The notes beneath the pieces were generated by a model. It made no database searches, was not told where the DNA came from, and saw only the letters and a program-made list of their open reading frames with translations. A stretch of DNA of 10,317 nt from contig CAZYLT010000039.1 in the NCBI GenBank assembly GCA_964648855.1, forward strand, positions 1-10,317, given 5' to 3'. The position numbers and the translations under genes were made by a program. Of this stretch, positions 7,780-10,317 are shown in pieces (positions within the stretch are counted from its first letter, which is position 1; each line of letters starts with the position of its first letter). Source of the DNA: an uncultured archaeon (GTDB lineage Archaea > Asgardarchaeota > Thorarchaeia > Thorarchaeales > Thorarchaeaceae).

Positions 7780-8481
7780 TTGACTCGCATCGATGGTAGA
7801 AATAATGACGAATTGCGCCCAGTTACAATCCAACGTGACTATCTCAAATATCCGGAGGGCTCTGTTCTGATAGCCACTGGAGAAACAAAGGTGATATGCG
7901 CCGCAACAGTTGAAGAGAGCGTTCCGAACTGGTTGAATGGACGTGGAGAGGGCTGGGTGACAGCGGAGTACGCAATGCTCCCTCGAGCAACTGACGAACG
8001 AACGAACCGATTTCGCCATAGTGGGAGGGCAAGGGAGATACAACGCATGATTGGCAGGTCTCTGCGTGCTGCTGTGGACATGGTCAAATTGGGAGAACAC
8101 CAGATTCGGATAGACTGTGATGTGATTCAGGCTGACGGTGGTACTCGAACTGCGTCTGTTACGGGGGGTTATGTTGCGCTTGTTGATGCTCTTCGGTACA
8201 TGGTAGATATGAACATGATTCCAGATATGCCGCTGAATGGCAACCTCGCTGCAATCAGTGTGGGCGTTGTAGATGGAGACCCTCTCTTGGATCTCTGTTA
8301 TGCTGAGGATTCAGTTGCTGACGTTGACATGAATATTGTCATGCTTGATGACGAGTTTGTTGAATTACAAGGTACTGGCGAAAACTCAACCTTCGACCGA
8401 GATGTCCTAGATGACATGCTAGAACTGGCTCAAAGAGGGATTCAAGAGCTCGTAGAAATACAGCTCTCCTCTTGGCAATAG
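7780..8481 (+). CDS. rph: ribonuclease PH (bacterial type)
   Basis: RxDGR..ELRP, GWVTAEYAMLPRAT, SGRxxEIQRMIGRSLR, CDVIQADGGTRTASVTG, DLCYAEDS.ADVDMN, ELQGTGE. TTG start at 7780 preceded by GAGGATGA. Confidence 0.95.
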   Translation: MTRIDGRNNDELRPVTIQRDYLKYPEGSVLIATGETKVICAATVEESVPNWLNGRGEGWVTAEYAMLPRATDERTNRFRHSGRAREIQRMIGRSLRAAVDMVKLGEHQIRIDCDVIQADGGTRTASVTGGYVALVDALRYMVDMNMIPDMPLNGNLAAISVGVVDGDPLLDLCYAEDSVADVDMNIVMLDDEFVELQGTGENSTFDRDVLDDMLELAQRGIQELVEIQLSSWQ

Positions 8482-8504
8482 CCCATATGTACGCATTCAA
8501 CTCT

Positions 8505-8912
8505 TCATTTCATGCGTCTGCGCAGAATCTCGAAAACAGCTATTCCAGTAGCAATCAATGCTGCGGCAATCGCTAGCTGAAATGATGAAGTGCAAAGATT
8601 TTCATCATCGGTTTCAATCCCATGCTAACAGAAATAGTTCGACCTTTTCTTCATGATAATTTTATCATGGTCCTCTATCACGCTCGTGTTGAAAGACCCA
8701 GAGATTTCCATTGAAGCTTGGTCGGAATCCCACTCAACCCAATCCCGAGGGCTCATATCCTGAAATACGTGACTCGGAAGAATTGGGATGAAAGCGAAAT
8801 CAGCCAAGTGGAGGTATGATGTGGTTCTGAATACCACCGCCGGTTTGTTCTTCAAATGCGGCTTGAGCGTAATGTTTATCTTCACATAACTGGACGACAA
8901 ATATGCTCTCAT
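8505..8912 (-). pseudogene. remnant of a C-terminally membrane-anchored protein, interrupted by an in-frame TAG
   Basis: The 95-aa ORF stops at TAG (8625-8627), but the frame continues for 39 codons, HGIETDDENLCTSSFQLAIAAALIATGIAVFEILRRRMK, to TGA at 8505-8507, giving a TM helix plus basic tail. Confidence 0.55.
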
Positions 8913-8984
8913 TGAGTAGAGGCGGTCTTATGCGATGGCTCTCGAAAGGTCATTGTGACACCGTTCTATGAACCTCGATGTATA

Positions 8985-9020
8985 GCAAGCTTTAAATCGC
9001 GAGCGCAATTGGCTCGCGGA
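8985..9020 (+). promoter_or_regulatory. putative archaeal promoter of the 23S rRNA transcript
   Basis: TTTAAA at 8991-8996 followed by a GC-rich spacer; structured leader starts ~25-30 nt downstream. Confidence 0.55.
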
Positions 9021-9351
9021 GCGCACACAGCTGTGATGCCTCATAGCGTGTGTTTGGTCCGATTCCAGCATATTTTTGCTGGTTGAACGACCATCGGGAC
9101 CAGACGTAATCATGGAGTCATTTCCGGTGGAGGACCGTCAATACATCCCCTTGGTGCCGTGCACCCCTGTTTATTTGCAGGTAAAAGAGGCGAGATGTGG
9201 CGATTGCAGAGGATGAAGGCAGATCATATACACTGTAGTGTATGAAAACTCGATACAAATTCCAAACTAAATTAGATTAGGTTATTACAATCCTTGGCTG
9301 TTCAGCGTCAGCTGCGCAACAGGTATTACGTTGCCGGCTGCATGACTAGAA
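9021..9351 (+). other. structured 5' external spacer / leader of pre-23S rRNA
   Basis: Non-coding, with a series of stem-loops at 9023-9053, 9054-9103, 9143-9198, 9228-9243 and 9309-9340. Confidence 0.6.
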
Positions 9352-10317
9352 CTGCAAATGCTGTACAGCTGCTGGTGGATGACTTGGTTGGTTAACTGAT
9401 GAAGGGCGCGACAAGCTGCGATATTCTACGGGTAGGCGCATGAAGCCGTTGATCCGTAGGAACCTGAATAGGACTTCCACATGTGGGTTAATACCCTGCA
9501 TGATTCCAGGGTCAAATCTGGAAGGGGAACGCTCGGAATTGAAGCATCTTAGTACGGGCAGGAACAGAAATCAACTTAGAGATTTCCCGAGTACTGGCGA
9601 AAGAAAGGGAAAAAGGCCAAACCGAATCCGAGAGCGAAGAGTTCTCGGAGATGTGGTGTGAGGGCCTGAACATTACATGCCGACGCATCTAAGCCAAAGT
9701 CGTCTGGAACGACGCGGCAGAGAGGGTGATACCCCCGTAGGCGTAAACTGCGGGCATGGTTCAGGATCCCGAGTAGCATGGGTTGGACATCTCGTGTGAA
9801 CGTCCCAGCCGCAATCTGGGAAGCCTAAATATTCAACCAAACCGATAGTAGACTATGTAGCGCGAGCGAAAGTTGAAAAGTGCCGCGGAAGCGGGGTGAA
9901 AAGCACCTGAAACCAGTAGTTTAAACAAAGGATGCTGATGAAAAGAGAAGATGCTCTGAGAACGAATCAGGAGGGATCCTGTAGTAGGACCAGAGCGGAT
10001 CGAATCAGCATCATCCGTCTTGAAACACGGGCCAGGGAGTTCATGTACGTGGCGAGGATAAGGCGTCAAGCCGAAAACGAAGGGAAACCAACAAGTCCGC
10101 AGCCTTCGGGCGAGGGACGGGGTGTGAAAAGTGCCCGTAGTCACAGACATGACACGAGAAACCAGTCGATCTAGGCCTGGTCAGGGTGAAGCCGGGCGAA
10201 AGCTCGGTGGAGGCCCGAGAGGGTTCTGACGTGCAACTCGCTCCGTTGAACTGGGCCTAGGGGTAAAAGGCTTATCTAGACTGGTGATTGCTCGTTCTCC
10301 GCGAAGTTGGTCGTAGC
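9352..10317 (+). rRNA. rrl: 23S rRNA, archaeal, 5' portion (runs off the window end); 5' end approximate
   Basis: Conserved LSU blocks: GGTGGATG (9374), GATGAAGG..CAAGCTGCGATA, GAAGCATCTTAGTAC, CTAAATA..ACCGATAG, GTGAAAAGCACCTGAAACC, archaeal CCGTCTTGAAACACGGGCCAGGGAG, GTTCTCCGCGAA. Confidence 0.97.

Noticed and set aside
1425-8100. Short antisense or alternate-frame ORFs (e.g. 1425-1694, 2232-2515, 3064-3271, 4016-4252, 4591-5548, 5959-6491, 7557-8100)
   Set aside because: They overlap better-supported genes and carry no recognisable motifs.
5829-8627. Genome-wide TAG recoding, suggested by two in-frame ambers (5829, 8625)
   Set aside because: rph ends at TAG at the normal family length, and the WD40 remnant also has a frameshift and an in-frame TGA, which fits decay.
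8928-9113. 61-aa - strand ORF
   Set aside because: Overlaps the putative rRNA promoter and leader hairpins; no protein-like features.
9910-10160. Supersized expansion segments or an intron in 23S helices 25-31
   Set aside because: Spacing between conserved blocks looks like ordinary archaeal length by eye; a structural alignment would confirm.
9440-10174. ORFs of 67-105 aa in the ORF track
   Set aside because: They lie within the 23S rRNA gene.
1-10317. CRISPR array, tRNA genes, intact IS element
   Set aside because: No spaced direct repeats, tRNA cloverleaf with T-loop consensus, transposase or terminal repeats were seen.

Overview
Archaeal chromosomal window; the 23S sequence, gene repertoire and TM+RRR-tailed proteins suggest an Asgard (Thorarchaeia-like) archaeon, but that is inference. 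Left to right: a 5'-truncated Eis-like GNAT gene, a Cys-rich zinc-ribbon protein (-), a probable 45-aa CxxC microprotein, then a + strand run of uridine/nucleoside phosphorylase, GNAT, geranylgeranyl-reductase-family protein and a membrane-anchored M28/glutaminyl-cyclase-like enzyme. Next come a WD40-repeat pseudogene not resolved by the ORF track (one frameshift, two in-frame stops) and a - strand pair: a nucleotidyltransferase with tandem HEPN-like bundles and a 178-aa protein resembling the WED/REC half of TnpB/Cas12f with no RuvC domain. Divergent from that pair is a bacterial-type RNase PH, followed by an amber-interrupted membrane-anchored gene remnant and the 5' ~970 nt of a 23S rRNA gene with its own putative promoter and structured leader and no adjacent upstream 16S. 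The best novelty candidate is the RuvC-less TnpB-like gene paired with the nucleotidyltransferase, divergent from rph.
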